A stretch of 64,000 nucleotides of DNA, taken from Candidatus Limnocylindrales bacterium. Its GTDB lineage: Bacteria; Chloroflexota; Limnocylindria; Limnocylindrales; CSP1-4. Location: the NCBI GenBank assembly GCA_038214255.1, contig JBBQRZ010000008.1, positions 23,832 to 87,831 on the forward strand. The letters run 5' to 3'. Position numbers and translations under genes: made by a program. Shown here piece by piece: positions 49,508-60,798 of this stretch (positions are counted from its first letter, which is position 1; every line of letters begins with the position of its first letter). Under the pieces are notes generated by a model. It saw only the letters and a list, made by a program, of their open reading frames with translations. It was not told the origin of the DNA and did not search any database.

Positions 49508-50674
49508 GTGGTATCGTCGATTTCGATGTCCAGCGAGCAGACGCGACTGCTGATCGTCGAAGACGTACCGCAGGTCGCCCAGTACATCCGCGGCCTGCTC
49601 AATGCGCAGGCCCATGTCAAGGTGCTCGACATCCTCTCTGACGGCGGCAAGGCGATCGCGCAGATCGGCGAGCTACGCCCGGACGTCGTGCTCGTCGATG
49701 CGCTCCTGCAGGGCCGGATCAAGGGGCCCCAGCTGATCGAGCAGATCCGCGAATCGGGATTGGGTGTGCCGGTCATCGCCCTGACCGTGCCGCAGAACCC
49801 GATCGAGGTCGATCCGGCGCGGGGCATCCACGGCGTGCTCGCGATGCCGTTCTCGGGCTTCGATCTGATGACCCGGATCGCCCAGGTGCGCAAGGAATTC
49901 TCGGCGCAGGGCACGGTGGCCGCGACGCGGGTCTTCTCGGTGTTCGCCCCCAAGGGCGGCGTCGGCAAGACGACCATCGCCTTCAACCTGGCGGTCGCCC
50001 TCGGCCAGCTCGGGCAGCGGACCGTGCTCATCGATGGCAGCGTCCAGTTCGGCGACCTTCGGTCGCTCCTCAAGGTCCCCGCCGACGCGCCGTCGATCCT
50101 CGACCTGCCGACTGACCGGATCGCAGAGTCGGACCTGTCCGATGTGCTGTGGCGCGACCCCTCGGGCATCGACATCCTGCTGGCCCCGCCGCGCATCGAG
50201 ATGGCCGAGATGATCACACCGCGCGACGTCGACAAGGTGCTCTCGCTCCTGCGCCGCGTCTACCACGCCATCGTCATCGACATGTCGAGCGTCATCAACG
50301 ACATCAACCTCGCGTTCCTCGATGCGAGTGACACGATCATCGAGATCGTCACGTACGACTCGACGACGATCCACAACACGATCGCGCTGGCCGACACGTT
50401 CCGCTCGATCGGTTACGCCGCGTCCAAGGTCCGCTATCTCGTGAACCGCGCCGACAGCCCGGGCGGCATCGATCCTGCGGCCCTCGAGCGGGCCCTCGGG
50501 CGCGTGCCCGAACATTCGGTCGTGTCCGACGGGCCGCTCGTCGTGCGGTCGAACAACGAGGGTGTTCCGTTCATCCTCGCGAATCCGTCGGCGCCGGTCA
50601 GCCAGGACATCGCCCGGATCGCCGCGGAGTTGCTCGGGCTCACCCAGGTCCCCGTCGGGGCGGGGCGTCCATAG
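49508..50674 (+). CDS. Response-regulator receiver domain fused to MinD/ParA-type ATPase (CpaE/TadZ-like), orphan
   Basis: LLIVEDV...VVLVDALL receiver; deviant Walker A FAPKGGVGKTT. Confidence 0.7.
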   Translation: MVSSISMSSEQTRLLIVEDVPQVAQYIRGLLNAQAHVKVLDILSDGGKAIAQIGELRPDVVLVDALLQGRIKGPQLIEQIRESGLGVPVIALTVPQNPIEVDPARGIHGVLAMPFSGFDLMTRIAQVRKEFSAQGTVAATRVFSVFAPKGGVGKTTIAFNLAVALGQLGQRTVLIDGSVQFGDLRSLLKVPADAPSILDLPTDRIAESDLSDVLWRDPSGIDILLAPPRIEMAEMITPRDVDKVLSLLRRVYHAIVIDMSSVINDINLAFLDASDTIIEIVTYDSTTIHNTIALADTFRSIGYAASKVRYLVNRADSPGGIDPAALERALGRVPEHSVVSDGPLVVRSNNEGVPFILANPSAPVSQDIARIAAELLGLTQVPVGAGRP

Positions 50675-50678
50675 GGCC

Positions 50679-51599
50679 GTGTCCGACCCTCGACCCATCG
50701 GCGTCTTCGATTCGGGAGTGGGCGGCCTCACGGTCCTGCGCGAGATCATCCGCCGCACCCCCCACGAGTCGACGATCTATCTCGGCGACAACGCCCGTAC
50801 CCCCTATGGCGTGCGCACCGACGACGAGGTGCTCGCGTTCTCGACTCAGTCGCTCGATGCGCTCGTCGAGCGCGACGTGAAGGCGCTCGTCGTGGCCTGC
50901 AACACCTCCACGGCCGTGGGGATCGGGGCCTTTCGGCGCCGCTACGACCTGCCGGTGCTCGGCGTGATCCGTCCCGGCGCCGGAGCCGCCGCCCTCGCGA
51001 CGCGCAATCGGCGGGTCGGGGTCATCGCGACCCCGGCCACGATCCGATCGCATGCCTACTTCGCCTCGATCAAGGACGAGAACCCGGCGGTCGAGGTGTA
51101 TGAGCACGCGACGCCGGCGCTCGTCCCGCTCGTCGAGGCGGGGGAACTGACCGGCCCGATCGCCGAGGCGACCGTCGCCGAGGCGCTGGCGCCACTACTC
51201 GGGGAGCGTGACGCGTCGGGCGAGTCGATCTTCCGGCGGCCATCGGGTGCAACGGTCGATACGCTGCTCCTCGGCTGCACCCATTACCCCCTGCTCGGGC
51301 CGCTCATCGCTGCGATCGCCGGGCAGCACGTCGCGATCGTCGACTCGGCGACGGCGACCGCCTCGGCGCTCGCCGAGCTGCTCATCGTCAACGGCCTCGA
51401 GGCTCCCGGCGCGACGCGAGGCACGGCGGCGGATGCCGGGCTGGGCGGACAGGGCCGCGCGGTCGAGGCGATCTCGCCGCCGATCCACCGGCAGCTCACG
51501 ACGGGCGATCCGGATCGGTTCGCCGATCTCGCCGGGCGATTGTTCGGTAACGCGTTCCCGACGGTCGAGCCGGTCGAGCTCCGGGCGCTCGTCCCGTGA
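50679..51599 (+). CDS. murI: Glutamate racemase
   Basis: IGVFDSGVGGLTVL and VVACNTST motifs. GTG start just after the preceding stop. Confidence 0.85.
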   Translation: MSDPRPIGVFDSGVGGLTVLREIIRRTPHESTIYLGDNARTPYGVRTDDEVLAFSTQSLDALVERDVKALVVACNTSTAVGIGAFRRRYDLPVLGVIRPGAGAAALATRNRRVGVIATPATIRSHAYFASIKDENPAVEVYEHATPALVPLVEAGELTGPIAEATVAEALAPLLGERDASGESIFRRPSGATVDTLLLGCTHYPLLGPLIAAIAGQHVAIVDSATATASALAELLIVNGLEAPGATRGTAADAGLGGQGRAVEAISPPIHRQLTTGDPDRFADLAGRLFGNAFPTVEPVELRALVP

Positions 51600-52819
51600 T
51601 GACGCGTCGAGGCCGGACGAACCGGCGAACCGGGAGCTCCTGGCGGGATGACCGCGCCTGGCAGGCCGGGATCCTCATCGGCTCCGCGCTCGGGGCCGCG
51701 GCCACCGTCGTCGGCCGCCATCTCGAGCGCTCCGCGCGGGAAGGTTTGGTCGACTGGCCGACGGTCGAGCGACTGGCGATCGGGCGTCTCGCCCAGGCCC
51801 CGGGGACCCTGCCGCAGACAGAGCTCGATGCGGCCGAGGCCGACTACGCCGCCGCGATGGGCCGCATCGTCCCGGCGCTCTCGAGTGCCCTGGGGAGCGA
51901 GCTGCCAGGCGTCGTCGAACGGTCGGGCGTCGTCGACCGCGCCGGCTGGGTGCGCGCCAACACCGCCTCGTTCGCGTCACTCATCGGCAAGCTCGAGGCG
52001 GACCTGCTCGACCAGGTCGTCCCGGTCGGGGGTGGCCTCGGGAAAGCCACGATGGCCATCGCCAACCGCTGGATCATGACCCGCCAGCTCGGGTTCCTGC
52101 TCGGGTTCATGGGGCAGCGGGTCCTCGGCCAGTACGACCTGGCCCTCCTGTCGGCCGAGCAGGCGCCGGGCCGCCTCCTGTTCGTCGAGGAGAACATCCG
52201 CCAGACGGCGCGGTCGCTCGACGTCCCGATCGGCCCGTTCCGGACCTGGATCGCACTGCACGAGACGACCCACGCGTTCGAATTCGAGGCGCACCCCTGG
52301 TTGCGGCCGTACCTCGCGTCGCGCCTCGAACGCCAGCTCACGCTGTTCGGCGGCGATGCCCAGAACATGGGCCGGGAGGCGCTGCGCGGTCTCGGCCGAG
52401 CGCTCCGGGGCGAGTCGGGCGGCGAGCATTGGATGGAGCGGCTGATGGGCGAGGAACAGCGTCGGCTGTTCCGCGAGACCCAGGCGGTGATGAGCCTGCT
52501 CGAGGGCTTCAGTGACTACGTCATGGACGAGGTGGGCCGCGACCTCGTCCCCGATGTCGAGCGGATCAGCGCCCGATTCCACGAGCGCCGGGCGAGGCGC
52601 ACCGCGTTCGAGCGCTCGATGCTGCGCCTCACCGGGATGGACCTCAAGCTCGAGCAGTACAAGAAGGGCGAGCAGTTCGTGCGCGCGATCGCCGACGCCC
52701 GTGGGCGCGAGGCCCTCAACCGGTTGTGGGACGGGCCCGAGTCGCTCCCGCTCGATGGCGAGATCGAGGCGCCCGACACGTGGATCGCGCGGGTCCTCGG
52801 CCCGGCGGGCCCGCGGTGA
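51596..52819 (+). CDS. DUF2342-family zinc-dependent metalloprotease (HExxH)
   Basis: HETTHAFE motif; GTG/ATG overlapping the murI stop. Confidence 0.75.
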   Translation: MMTRRGRTNRRTGSSWRDDRAWQAGILIGSALGAAATVVGRHLERSAREGLVDWPTVERLAIGRLAQAPGTLPQTELDAAEADYAAAMGRIVPALSSALGSELPGVVERSGVVDRAGWVRANTASFASLIGKLEADLLDQVVPVGGGLGKATMAIANRWIMTRQLGFLLGFMGQRVLGQYDLALLSAEQAPGRLLFVEENIRQTARSLDVPIGPFRTWIALHETTHAFEFEAHPWLRPYLASRLERQLTLFGGDAQNMGREALRGLGRALRGESGGEHWMERLMGEEQRRLFRETQAVMSLLEGFSDYVMDEVGRDLVPDVERISARFHERRARRTAFERSMLRLTGMDLKLEQYKKGEQFVRAIADARGREALNRLWDGPESLPLDGEIEAPDTWIARVLGPAGPR

Positions 52820-53901
52820 CCGGCGCACCCGAGCCCGTCCGGCACGCCGGCCCCGGGAGCGGCCCCGCTGGTGCGCCGACGGCGATCGCCCTGAGTCCGA
52901 TCCTGTCGGCCCGCTATCGCTCGCGCGACCTTGAGCAAATCCGGGCGTCGGCGCCGGGAGCGCGGCTCGTGACCGTGTCCGCCGAGGGGCTGGCGGACGG
53001 GCCGCTCGACGACGTGGAGGTGATGCTCCGCGGGTGGCTGAGCTCGGACGCGTTCGATCGCTTGCTGGCGCGCGCCCCACGCCTGACCTGGGTCCACTCG
53101 GCGACGTCGGGCGTGGAGCGGGCCCTGACGCCCGCGGCTCTCGAGCGCGGGCTCATCGTCACGAACGCGCGAGGCGTGTTCAGCCGGCCCATCGCTGAGT
53201 ACGTGCTGATGATGATCCTCGCGGTGAGCCGGCGGCTGCCTCAGCTGCTCGAGCTGCAGCGCGAGCGAACCTGGCAGCCGCTCGAAGGTGCCGAGCTGCG
53301 CGACGTGACGGTCGGAATCGTGGGCCTTGGCTCGATCGGACGGGCGGTCGGGGTCCTGGCGACGGCGTTCGGGTGCCGGGTCGTCGCGGTTCGTCGGCGG
53401 CCGGAACAGGGGAACGGTGCCGACCCCGAGCGGGCCCCCACCGGCGCCGGCGAGGATCGGTCGGTCGGCGACGTCATGCTCGACCGGGTGGGCGGGCCCG
53501 AGACGCTGCCCGAGCTCCTCGGCGAGTCTGACTTCATCGTGCTCGCCGCGCCGCTGACACCCGAGACGGAGGGGATGATCAACGCGACGACGCTCGACCT
53601 GGTCAAGCCGGGCGCGTGGCTCATCAACATCGCGCGAGGCCGCCTCATCGACGAGCGAGCGCTCCTGCGCGCCCTGCGCGATGGCTCGCTCGGCGGGGCG
53701 ATCCTCGATACGTTCCGCGACGAGCCGTTGCCGCCGACGTCGCCGTTCTACGACCTGCCGAACGTCATCGTCACCCCGCACACGGCCTGGTCGAGCGGTC
53801 GGGTGCTCGACCGCAGCGTCGAGCTGTTCTGCGACAACCTGCGACGGTTCGCCACGGGCGAGCCGCTCCTCAACGTGGTCGATCCGGCCGCCGGCTACTG
53901 A
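52816..53901 (+). CDS. D-isomer-specific 2-hydroxyacid dehydrogenase family protein
   Basis: GIVGLGSIGRAVG NAD-binding motif and the catalytic His region (PHTAWSS). GTG overlaps the preceding stop. Confidence 0.75.
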   Translation: MTGAPEPVRHAGPGSGPAGAPTAIALSPILSARYRSRDLEQIRASAPGARLVTVSAEGLADGPLDDVEVMLRGWLSSDAFDRLLARAPRLTWVHSATSGVERALTPAALERGLIVTNARGVFSRPIAEYVLMMILAVSRRLPQLLELQRERTWQPLEGAELRDVTVGIVGLGSIGRAVGVLATAFGCRVVAVRRRPEQGNGADPERAPTGAGEDRSVGDVMLDRVGGPETLPELLGESDFIVLAAPLTPETEGMINATTLDLVKPGAWLINIARGRLIDERALLRALRDGSLGGAILDTFRDEPLPPTSPFYDLPNVIVTPHTAWSSGRVLDRSVELFCDNLRRFATGEPLLNVVDPAAGY

Positions 53902-53943
53902 CGCCGGGCACGACCGCGCCGCGGCCCCGGTACGATCGGTCCC

Positions 53944-55047
53944 ATGCAGATCGCCATCGTCGGGCTTGCCGGGTCGGGCAAGACGACCGTCTTCAACACG
54001 CTGACCCGGGGCCACGCGGAAACCGGCGGCTACGGCGGGGTCACGCTCAACGTCGGGGTCGTCAAGGTCCCGGACGAGCGGCTCGACCGGCTGGCCGAGA
54101 TCTTCAAGCCCAAAAAGATCGTCCACGCCGACGTCACGTACGCCGACCTGCCGGCGCCGCCCGCCTCGACCGATGGGAGGATCGGGACGGAGGAGTTGCC
54201 CGCCGACCACCTCGCACGATTGCGCGACTCGGATGCGCTGCTCCACGTCGTCCGCGCGTTCGAGGACCCCGCCCACCCTCATCCGGCCGGGAGCGTCGAC
54301 CCGGCCCGCGACCTCGATCAGCTGGACCTCGAGTTCACCATCGCTGACCTCGCGATGGCCGAGCGGCGGCTGGAGCGGCTCAAGGGCAGCGCGCGGCACG
54401 GCACGCAGGCGGAGCGCGAGGCCGCCGAGCGCGAGGAGGTCGTGCTGCACCGGATCCACGAAGGACTCGAGGCCGGGAGGCCGATCCGCGATCTCGGCCT
54501 CGACGAGGACGAGGAGAAGCTGATTCGCGGCTTCCGGTTCCTTACCCAGAAGCCGGTCCTCGTGCTGCTCAACGTCGGCGAGGGCGACGTCGCCCGGGAG
54601 CCCGAGCTCGTGGCGGCGATCGCCGCGGGATATCACCACGAGCACGCGATGGTCGACGCGCTCTCGGCCCGGATCGAGATGGAGCTCGGCGAGCTCGAGC
54701 CGGACGAGGCCGTGGCGTTCATGGAGGAGCTCGGGATCACCGGGTCGAGCCTGGACCGGGTCATCGCGCTGTCGTACCGGCTGCTGGGGCTCGTCTCGTT
54801 CCTCACCGCCGGACCCGATGAGGTCCGCGCGTGGCCGATCCCCGAGGGCTCGACGGCGGTCGATGCGGCCGGGGCCATCCATACCGATCTCGCGAAGGGC
54901 TTCATCCGCGCCGAGACGATCGGCTACGACGATCTGCTTACGCTCGGCTCCATGGCCGAGGCGAAGAAGGCCGGCCGGCTGCGCTCCGAGGGCAAGACCT
55001 ACCGGGTCCGCGACGGGGACGTGCTGGAGATCCTGTTCAGCCGCTGA
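53944..55047 (+). CDS. ychF: Ribosome-binding ATPase YchF
   Basis: G1 motif GLAGSGKTT and a TGS domain at the C-terminus. Confidence 0.9.
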   Translation: MQIAIVGLAGSGKTTVFNTLTRGHAETGGYGGVTLNVGVVKVPDERLDRLAEIFKPKKIVHADVTYADLPAPPASTDGRIGTEELPADHLARLRDSDALLHVVRAFEDPAHPHPAGSVDPARDLDQLDLEFTIADLAMAERRLERLKGSARHGTQAEREAAEREEVVLHRIHEGLEAGRPIRDLGLDEDEEKLIRGFRFLTQKPVLVLLNVGEGDVAREPELVAAIAAGYHHEHAMVDALSARIEMELGELEPDEAVAFMEELGITGSSLDRVIALSYRLLGLVSFLTAGPDEVRAWPIPEGSTAVDAAGAIHTDLAKGFIRAETIGYDDLLTLGSMAEAKKAGRLRSEGKTYRVRDGDVLEILFSR

Positions 55048-55056
55048 CCGCAGCGG

Positions 55057-55461
55057 TCAGTGCGGTCGCGATCCGCCGTTGACGTCGAGGTCGGCAAGCA
55101 ATGTCACGTAATCGGCCGAGGGCTCGGCAATCTCCTCCTCGTCGTCACCATCGTCGTCATCATCGTCCTCGTCGCCGGCATAGCCGGCATCGAGATCGGC
55201 GAGGAAGTTCCCGCTCTCCTCGGTCGAGACGTTGACGGCCGCGACCAGGCGATCGTCGGAGACGTGGATGAAGCCGTGCTCGCGCTCGAGCTCGACGGCG
55301 ATCGCCTCGCTGAGGGTATCGTGCCGGTACGAATTCTGGATCTGGTTCCGGATGCGCTGGACCAGTTCGAAGAACTCGTCGGGCTCCCACTCGGATTCGC
55401 TGACCACGAGCACGTCCGAGTAGACCTCGTCGTCGCCCTCGTGGAGCTCATAGAAGAACAC
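55057..55461 (-). CDS. Acidic hypothetical protein with poly-Asp/Glu tract
   Basis: GTG start with GAGGACGAGG ribosome-binding site. DEDDDDDDGDDEEE tract; no known domain recognised. Confidence 0.4.
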   Translation of the reverse strand: MFFYELHEGDDEVYSDVLVVSESEWEPDEFFELVQRIRNQIQNSYRHDTLSEAIAVELEREHGFIHVSDDRLVAAVNVSTEESGNFLADLDAGYAGDEDDDDDDGDDEEEIAEPSADYVTLLADLDVNGGSRPH

Positions 55462-55520
55462 GTGTTGCCTCGTCCTCGATGGCGGGGCCGCAGTATACGA
55501 CGGAGCTCCCGGAGGAGGCC

Positions 55521-56525
55521 ATGCGCCCACGCCGTCTCGAGGTCGTCCACGTCGGTTCGGCTGCGCGTGACGTGGCCGAGGACGACCCGCGCGGCTGGCG
55601 GCTCGGCGGTGGCGTCACCTACGCGGCCCTGACCACCGCCCGGCTCGGTCTGGACACGGCGGCGATCGTCGGCGTCGATCACCAGGCCCGCGACGCGACG
55701 GAGCTCGACGCGCTGCGCGAGGCGGGGGTCGACCTGCTCGTGGTCGAGCTGCCGGAGGGGCCCGTCTTCGACAACCGGGAGACGGCCGAGGGCCGGGTCC
55801 AGACCGCGATCCGGGTCGGCGCGCCGCTCGAGCCGCGGCCGCTGCCCGAGTCGTGGCTGGCGGCCGCCGCCTGGTCGCTCGTCCCGGTGGCCGGCGAGGT
55901 CGGCGACGCGTGGACCGCGATCATCCCGCCCGACGCCGTGGTCGCGGTGGGCTGGCAGGGCCTCCTCCGTCGACTTGCGGCGGGGGAGCGCGTCGGGCGC
56001 GTCGCGCCGACGACGCGGGCCCTGTTGCAGCGCGCCGACCTGGTGGGTGTCAGCCACCACGACGTCGACGCGGCGATGCCCCTTGTTTACCTGGCGGGGC
56101 TATTGCGGCCGGGCGCCCGACTCCTCGTCACCCAGGGCGCGCATGGCGGCCTGCTTGTCACGGCCGGCCCGGAGGGCACGGTCGGTCCGCTCGAGGTGGT
56201 GCGCTACCTGCCGACGCACACCGATGGCGAGGTAGATCCGACCGGGGCGGGCGACACGTTTCTTGCGGCGCTCGTCGCGGCAACCGTCCGACCGTCCATC
56301 CTCGGGCCGGGCCGGGGTCGATTCGGTGCGGACCTGCGATTCGCGGCCGCGGCCGGGTCGCTCGCCGTGGAGGGGGTCGGGTTGGGCGGGGTCCCGGATC
56401 TACCCGCGGTCACGCGCCGGCGGGTTCGCGAGCGCGTCCGTCGCGCGGTCCTGCCCAGCGCCGCGGCCCAGGTCGGGCTCGCGGATCCGATGCGGCCCGC
56501 CGACCTGGCGACGCCGCGTCGCTGA
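55521..56525 (+). CDS. PfkB-family carbohydrate kinase
   Basis: C-terminal DPTGAGDTFLAA motif. Start at MRPRRLEVVHVGS. Confidence 0.75.
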   Translation: MRPRRLEVVHVGSAARDVAEDDPRGWRLGGGVTYAALTTARLGLDTAAIVGVDHQARDATELDALREAGVDLLVVELPEGPVFDNRETAEGRVQTAIRVGAPLEPRPLPESWLAAAAWSLVPVAGEVGDAWTAIIPPDAVVAVGWQGLLRRLAAGERVGRVAPTTRALLQRADLVGVSHHDVDAAMPLVYLAGLLRPGARLLVTQGAHGGLLVTAGPEGTVGPLEVVRYLPTHTDGEVDPTGAGDTFLAALVAATVRPSILGPGRGRFGADLRFAAAAGSLAVEGVGLGGVPDLPAVTRRRVRERVRRAVLPSAAAQVGLADPMRPADLATPRR

Positions 56526-56581
56526 CCGCCCAAGTGCGCAGGCGCGACTTCGGCGTGCCGGCCACCCGCCCGCAGTGCTCC

Positions 56582-57598
56582 TCAGCCGGCCGGTGCGGGC
56601 CCGCTCGAGCCGCGCGCTTGCAGCCGGACCGGAAGGCGCACGACGGCGCCAGTCGTGACCCCGTTGCGACCCCGGACCGCACGGGTCAGCTGCTCCACGG
56701 CCCAGCGGCCCATCTCGGCGGTGCTCTGGGCGATCGTCGTCAGCGGCGGGTCCACGTACGCCGAGAGGGCCACGTCGTCGAACCCGACCACGCTCACGTC
56801 GGCGGGCACGCGCCGACCCCGTCGGCGCAGGGCGCGCATCGCCCCGATCGCCATGAGGTCGTTGTAGGCGACCACCGCCGTCGTGGCGGGCGCCCGGTCG
56901 AGCAGCTCGAGCATCGCGGCCTCCCCGCCGCCGACGAGCGGGGCTCCCGTGGCCACCACGACGGCATCGGAGCCGAGTCCGGCCGCATCGAGCCCGTCGC
57001 GCACGCCGGCGAGACGCTCGGGGGCATCGGCGTTACGCGGCGGGGGCATCAGGTACCCGAACCGCCGGTGCCCCAGGGCCAGGAGGTGATCGGCCGATTG
57101 CCGCCCGCCGTCGCGATTGTCCGAGGCGATCGAGGGCAGGTCGACATCGGGCGCGGCCGTGTTGATGAGCACGACTGGCAGCGGCGCCGCCGCGAGCCAC
57201 TCGCCGTGGCGCGCGCCTAGGCTGCTTGCCGCGATGATCAGGCCATCGACCCGCCGCTCGACGAGCAGGTCCAGGTAGAACATCTCCCGGTCCGGATCGT
57301 CGGCCGCGTTGCACAGCAGGATCGAATAGCCCTCGGCCCGGGCCGCGTCCTCGACGACCCGAACGAGCTCGGGGAAGTACGGGTTCTCGATGTCGGTGAC
57401 GATCAGGCCGAACGTCTGGGTGGATTGCCGTTTCAGCGATCGGGCGATCGCGGAGGGCCGGTAGTCGAGCTCGCGGGCGGCCTCGAGCACGCGGGCCTGC
57501 GTCTCGGGCGTGGCGTGCCCGAGACCCGCGAGCACCCGGCTGACGGTCGCCGTCGACACGGCCGCGCGTCGGGCCACGTCGGCGATGGTCGCGGCCAC
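56582..57598 (-). CDS. LacI family transcriptional regulator
   Basis: HTH TIADVARRAAVSTATVSRVL. Confidence 0.85.
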   Translation of the reverse strand: MAATIADVARRAAVSTATVSRVLAGLGHATPETQARVLEAARELDYRPSAIARSLKRQSTQTFGLIVTDIENPYFPELVRVVEDAARAEGYSILLCNAADDPDREMFYLDLLVERRVDGLIIAASSLGARHGEWLAAAPLPVVLINTAAPDVDLPSIASDNRDGGRQSADHLLALGHRRFGYLMPPPRNADAPERLAGVRDGLDAAGLGSDAVVVATGAPLVGGGEAAMLELLDRAPATTAVVAYNDLMAIGAMRALRRRGRRVPADVSVVGFDDVALSAYVDPPLTTIAQSTAEMGRWAVEQLTRAVRGRNGVTTGAVVRLPVRLQARGSSGPAPAG

Positions 57599-57627
57599 CG
57601 GTCGGGCCTCAGAGGGACGGTCGGTCC

Positions 57628-58548
57628 TCAGGCCTGCTTGGTCTGGTCCGGCACCTCGGCGGTAGCCTCGGCCCCGATCGGCACGGTCGGGACGTCCTCG
57701 CCGAGAGCCTCGCGCTTCGCCAGCATCTCGAGATCGGCCTGCAGCTCCTCGAGCTCCGAGCCGCCGCCCATGAGCGCATGGAGCTGCTCGGCGTTGAGCT
57801 CGCCGCGCCGATAGGTGCCCCCGGACCGCCCGCGGGTGAGGATCGTGAACGAGTCGCCGATCGGGAGCGCGTGCTGGACGTTGTGGGTGATGAAGATCAC
57901 GCCGAGGCCCTTGTTCCGGGCGGAGATCGCGTGGCGGAGCACGATCGCCGACTCCTTGACGCCAAGGGCCGACGTCGGTTCGTCGAGGATCAGGACCTTG
58001 GCCCCGAAGTACTCGGCCCGGGCGATCGCCAGGGTCTGGCGCTCGCCGCCGGACAGCGTCCCGACGAGCTGCTCGGTGTCGCGGACGTCGATCCCGATGT
58101 TGTGCATCTCGTCCCGGGCGATGCGCGCGGCCTTGTTACTGTCGAACTGGCGGAAGGGCCCGAACCCGACGGTCGGTTCGTTGCCGAGGAAGAAGTTCCG
58201 GCTGATGCTCATCAACGGCATGACCGAGAGGTCCTGGTAGACCGTCGCGATCCCGGCATCGAGCGCATCGCGCGGCGAGGTGAACGTGACCGGCTGACCG
58301 TCGATCGCGAGCGTGCCCTCGTCGGGCGGATGGACTCCGGACAGGGTCTTGATCAGGGTCGACTTGCCCGCGCCGTTGTCGCCGAGGAGGCAGTTGATCT
58401 CACCCGCCCGGACGGCCAGCGACACCCCTTCTAGGGCGACGACCGCGCCAAAGTACTTCGAGATGTTGCGGGCCTCGAGGAGCGGTCCGCCGTTTCCGGT
58501 TGGAGCGCGCGCCGGCGCGGGGGTCTGAGCGGTGTTCGGCATCTCCAT
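57628..58548 (-). CDS. ABC transporter ATP-binding protein (single nucleotide-binding domain)
   Basis: Walker [10 protein letters not shown], signature LSGGERQ, Walker B ILILDEPT. Confidence 0.85.
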   Translation of the reverse strand: MEMPNTAQTPAPARAPTGNGGPLLEARNISKYFGAVVALEGVSLAVRAGEINCLLGDNGAGKSTLIKTLSGVHPPDEGTLAIDGQPVTFTSPRDALDAGIATVYQDLSVMPLMSISRNFFLGNEPTVGFGPFRQFDSNKAARIARDEMHNIGIDVRDTEQLVGTLSGGERQTLAIARAEYFGAKVLILDEPTSALGVKESAIVLRHAISARNKGLGVIFITHNVQHALPIGDSFTILTRGRSGGTYRRGELNAEQLHALMGGGSELEELQADLEMLAKREALGEDVPTVPIGAEATAEVPDQTKQA

Positions 58549-58565
58549 GGCGTGCTCCCTCCCGC

Positions 58566-59642
58566 TCAGCGAAGGCCGGCGAACCGGCGCCGGATCCAGT
58601 TGTTGAGGACGACGGCGGCCAGCAACAGGCTACCGGTCGCGATCTTGTTCCAGTCGGCGTTGATCGACGCGTAGACGATCCCGATCTGGGCCATGCCCAG
58701 GGCCAGGGCGCCGAGGGCCGTCCCAGCGACAGAGCCGTAGCCGCCCGTCAGCAGGCAGCCGCCGATGACGGCCGTGGTGATCGCCGTCAGCTCCATCCCG
58801 CCGCCTCGAAGGATGTCGGCCGACGAGAACCGCATGCTCTGGATCGCGGCCAGGACGGATGCCGAGAAGGCGGTCAGGGCGAACAGCGAGATCTTGACCC
58901 GGGCGACCGGGACGCCGAGGTTGCGGGCCGCGACCGGGGAGCCGCCGACGCCGGCGATCCAGTTCCCGAACTTGCGGCGACCGAGGATGTAGGCGCCGAT
59001 GATCGCGATCGCCATCCACCACAGGATCGAGACCTGGAAGTCCGCGGTGCTGTCACCGAACTTGAGCGACAACTTCCAGTTGAAGATCCCCGAGATCGGG
59101 TCGGCGGCGATCTTGTCGGGGGCGATCGGGATGTAGGTGATGTTCGTGACGAGCGACGTCAGCACGGACGAGAGCCCGGCGATGATGAACAACGTCGCCA
59201 GGGTGACGATGAACGACGGCAGCCCCGTGCGGACGACGATGAACCCGTTGATCGATCCGAGGAAGGTCGTCAGGACCATCGAGATCAGGATCGACAGCCA
59301 GATCGGGAGGCCCCAGATCGTGGCGCAGATCCCGATCACGATCCCGGCGAACCCGACCATTGAGCCGACCGACAGGTCGAACTCGCCGGCGATCATCAGC
59401 AGCGCGACCGCGGTGCCGATGATCCCGACCTGGGCCGCCACGTCGAGATAGCCAAGCGTTCCCGGGATCGTCAGGAACGCGGTGTTGCCGCGGGCGACGG
59501 ACAGGATCGCGAACACGACCCACACGAAGACGACGATCACCAGCGCGCCGGCGGCGGGCTTGGCGAGCAGGCGCTGCGTAAGCGAGATTCGACGTAGTCG
59601 ATCGGGTGCGGGAGCCGGGCCGGCGTCCGCGGTCGTCGCCAT
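58566..59642 (-). CDS. ABC transporter permease (ribose/xylose-type)
   Basis: Ten-TM permease resembling the RbsC family. Confidence 0.85.
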   Translation of the reverse strand: MATTADAGPAPAPDRLRRISLTQRLLAKPAAGALVIVVFVWVVFAILSVARGNTAFLTIPGTLGYLDVAAQVGIIGTAVALLMIAGEFDLSVGSMVGFAGIVIGICATIWGLPIWLSILISMVLTTFLGSINGFIVVRTGLPSFIVTLATLFIIAGLSSVLTSLVTNITYIPIAPDKIAADPISGIFNWKLSLKFGDSTADFQVSILWWMAIAIIGAYILGRRKFGNWIAGVGGSPVAARNLGVPVARVKISLFALTAFSASVLAAIQSMRFSSADILRGGGMELTAITTAVIGGCLLTGGYGSVAGTALGALALGMAQIGIVYASINADWNKIATGSLLLAAVVLNNWIRRRFAGLR

Positions 59643-59729
59643 CAGTCCCTCCGGGGTAGTCGGGAGGGGCCGGACGCGAGTCCGACCCCTCCGGTACGCG
59701 CCGGGCAGCCCCGGCGTGGCGAGGTCAGG

Positions 59730-60749
59730 TCAGCGCAGGCCCTTCGCCGCGAGGGCGATGACGTCGGCTGCGTTGTCCTTGGTGACGAAGCCCGGTCCGG
59801 TCATGATCAGGCCGGTGCCGTCGCCCGTCGGAAGATTGCGGGTCTCTGCGAAGTTCGTGAGGATCACGATCGGCAGATAGCCCTGCAGGAACTGCTGCTG
59901 GTCGATGGCGAAGTCCATCTTCCCGTCCTTGATCGCCGTCAGCACGTCGGCGCTGAGGTCGAAGGTCGCGAGATGGATCGGCTTGCCGGCTGCGGTGACG
60001 GCGGCGAGCGCCGGTCCGGCGACCGAGGGGCCGAGGGTCAGGATGCCGTCGATGGTCGGGTCGGACTGGAGGGCCGCCGCGATCGTGGCCTGCATACCGG
60101 CCGGATCGGAGATCTTCCCGGTCAGGACCTTGCCGGAGCCCTCGGCGACGCCGAGGCCCTGGAAGAAGCCATTGCAGCGCTGGGTCAGCGCCTGGTTGCC
60201 GACTTCCTGGTTGAAGCAGACGGCGTTCTTCACGCCGGCCGCCTTGAACTTTTCACCGGCGCCGATGCCGGCCTGGAGCTCGGTCTGCCCGATGTGGGCG
60301 AGGATGCCGAGCTTTTTGAAGACATCTGAGCCCGAGTTCATCGAGACGACCGGGATCCCGGCGGCGACGGCCTTCGAGATCGACGGGCTGAGGGCGTCGG
60401 GGTTCGGGATGGACACGACTAGGCCGCTCGGCTTCTTCGCGACGGCTGCGTCGATCAGGGCTGACATGCCCGGCATGTCGCTCTCCGCGCCCGGGGCGCT
60501 GTAGTTGGCCGTGACGCCCATGTCGGCTGCGCCGGCCTTGACGCCGTTCCGAACGACCCCCCAGAAGCCGTCGACGGCCTGGCCGTGGGTGACGATCTCG
60601 ATCTTGATGTCGGCGCGCTTCACGAGCGCGCCGTCCGGGCCCTTCGCACCGGCAGCGGCTCCGCCGCTCCCGCTCGGGGTCGCCGCGTTGCACGCGGCGA
60701 TGAGGATGACCGCGCCACCCAGCACGGCGATCGATTTCCGAAGATTCAT
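59730..60749 (-). CDS. Sugar ABC transporter periplasmic binding protein (RbsB-like), lipoprotein
   Basis: Signal peptide with lipobox LIAAC; periplasmic-binding-protein type I fold. GGAGGAGAG ribosome-binding site. Confidence 0.85.
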   Translation of the reverse strand: MNLRKSIAVLGGAVILIAACNAATPSGSGGAAAGAKGPDGALVKRADIKIEIVTHGQAVDGFWGVVRNGVKAGAADMGVTANYSAPGAESDMPGMSALIDAAVAKKPSGLVVSIPNPDALSPSISKAVAAGIPVVSMNSGSDVFKKLGILAHIGQTELQAGIGAGEKFKAAGVKNAVCFNQEVGNQALTQRCNGFFQGLGVAEGSGKVLTGKISDPAGMQATIAAALQSDPTIDGILTLGPSVAGPALAAVTAAGKPIHLATFDLSADVLTAIKDGKMDFAIDQQQFLQGYLPIVILTNFAETRNLPTGDGTGLIMTGPGFVTKDNAADVIALAAKGLR

Positions 60750-60798
60750 GTGCTCTCTCCTCCAATTGCCGCTCGCCCCTTCGCGAGCGAGCGCCCAC

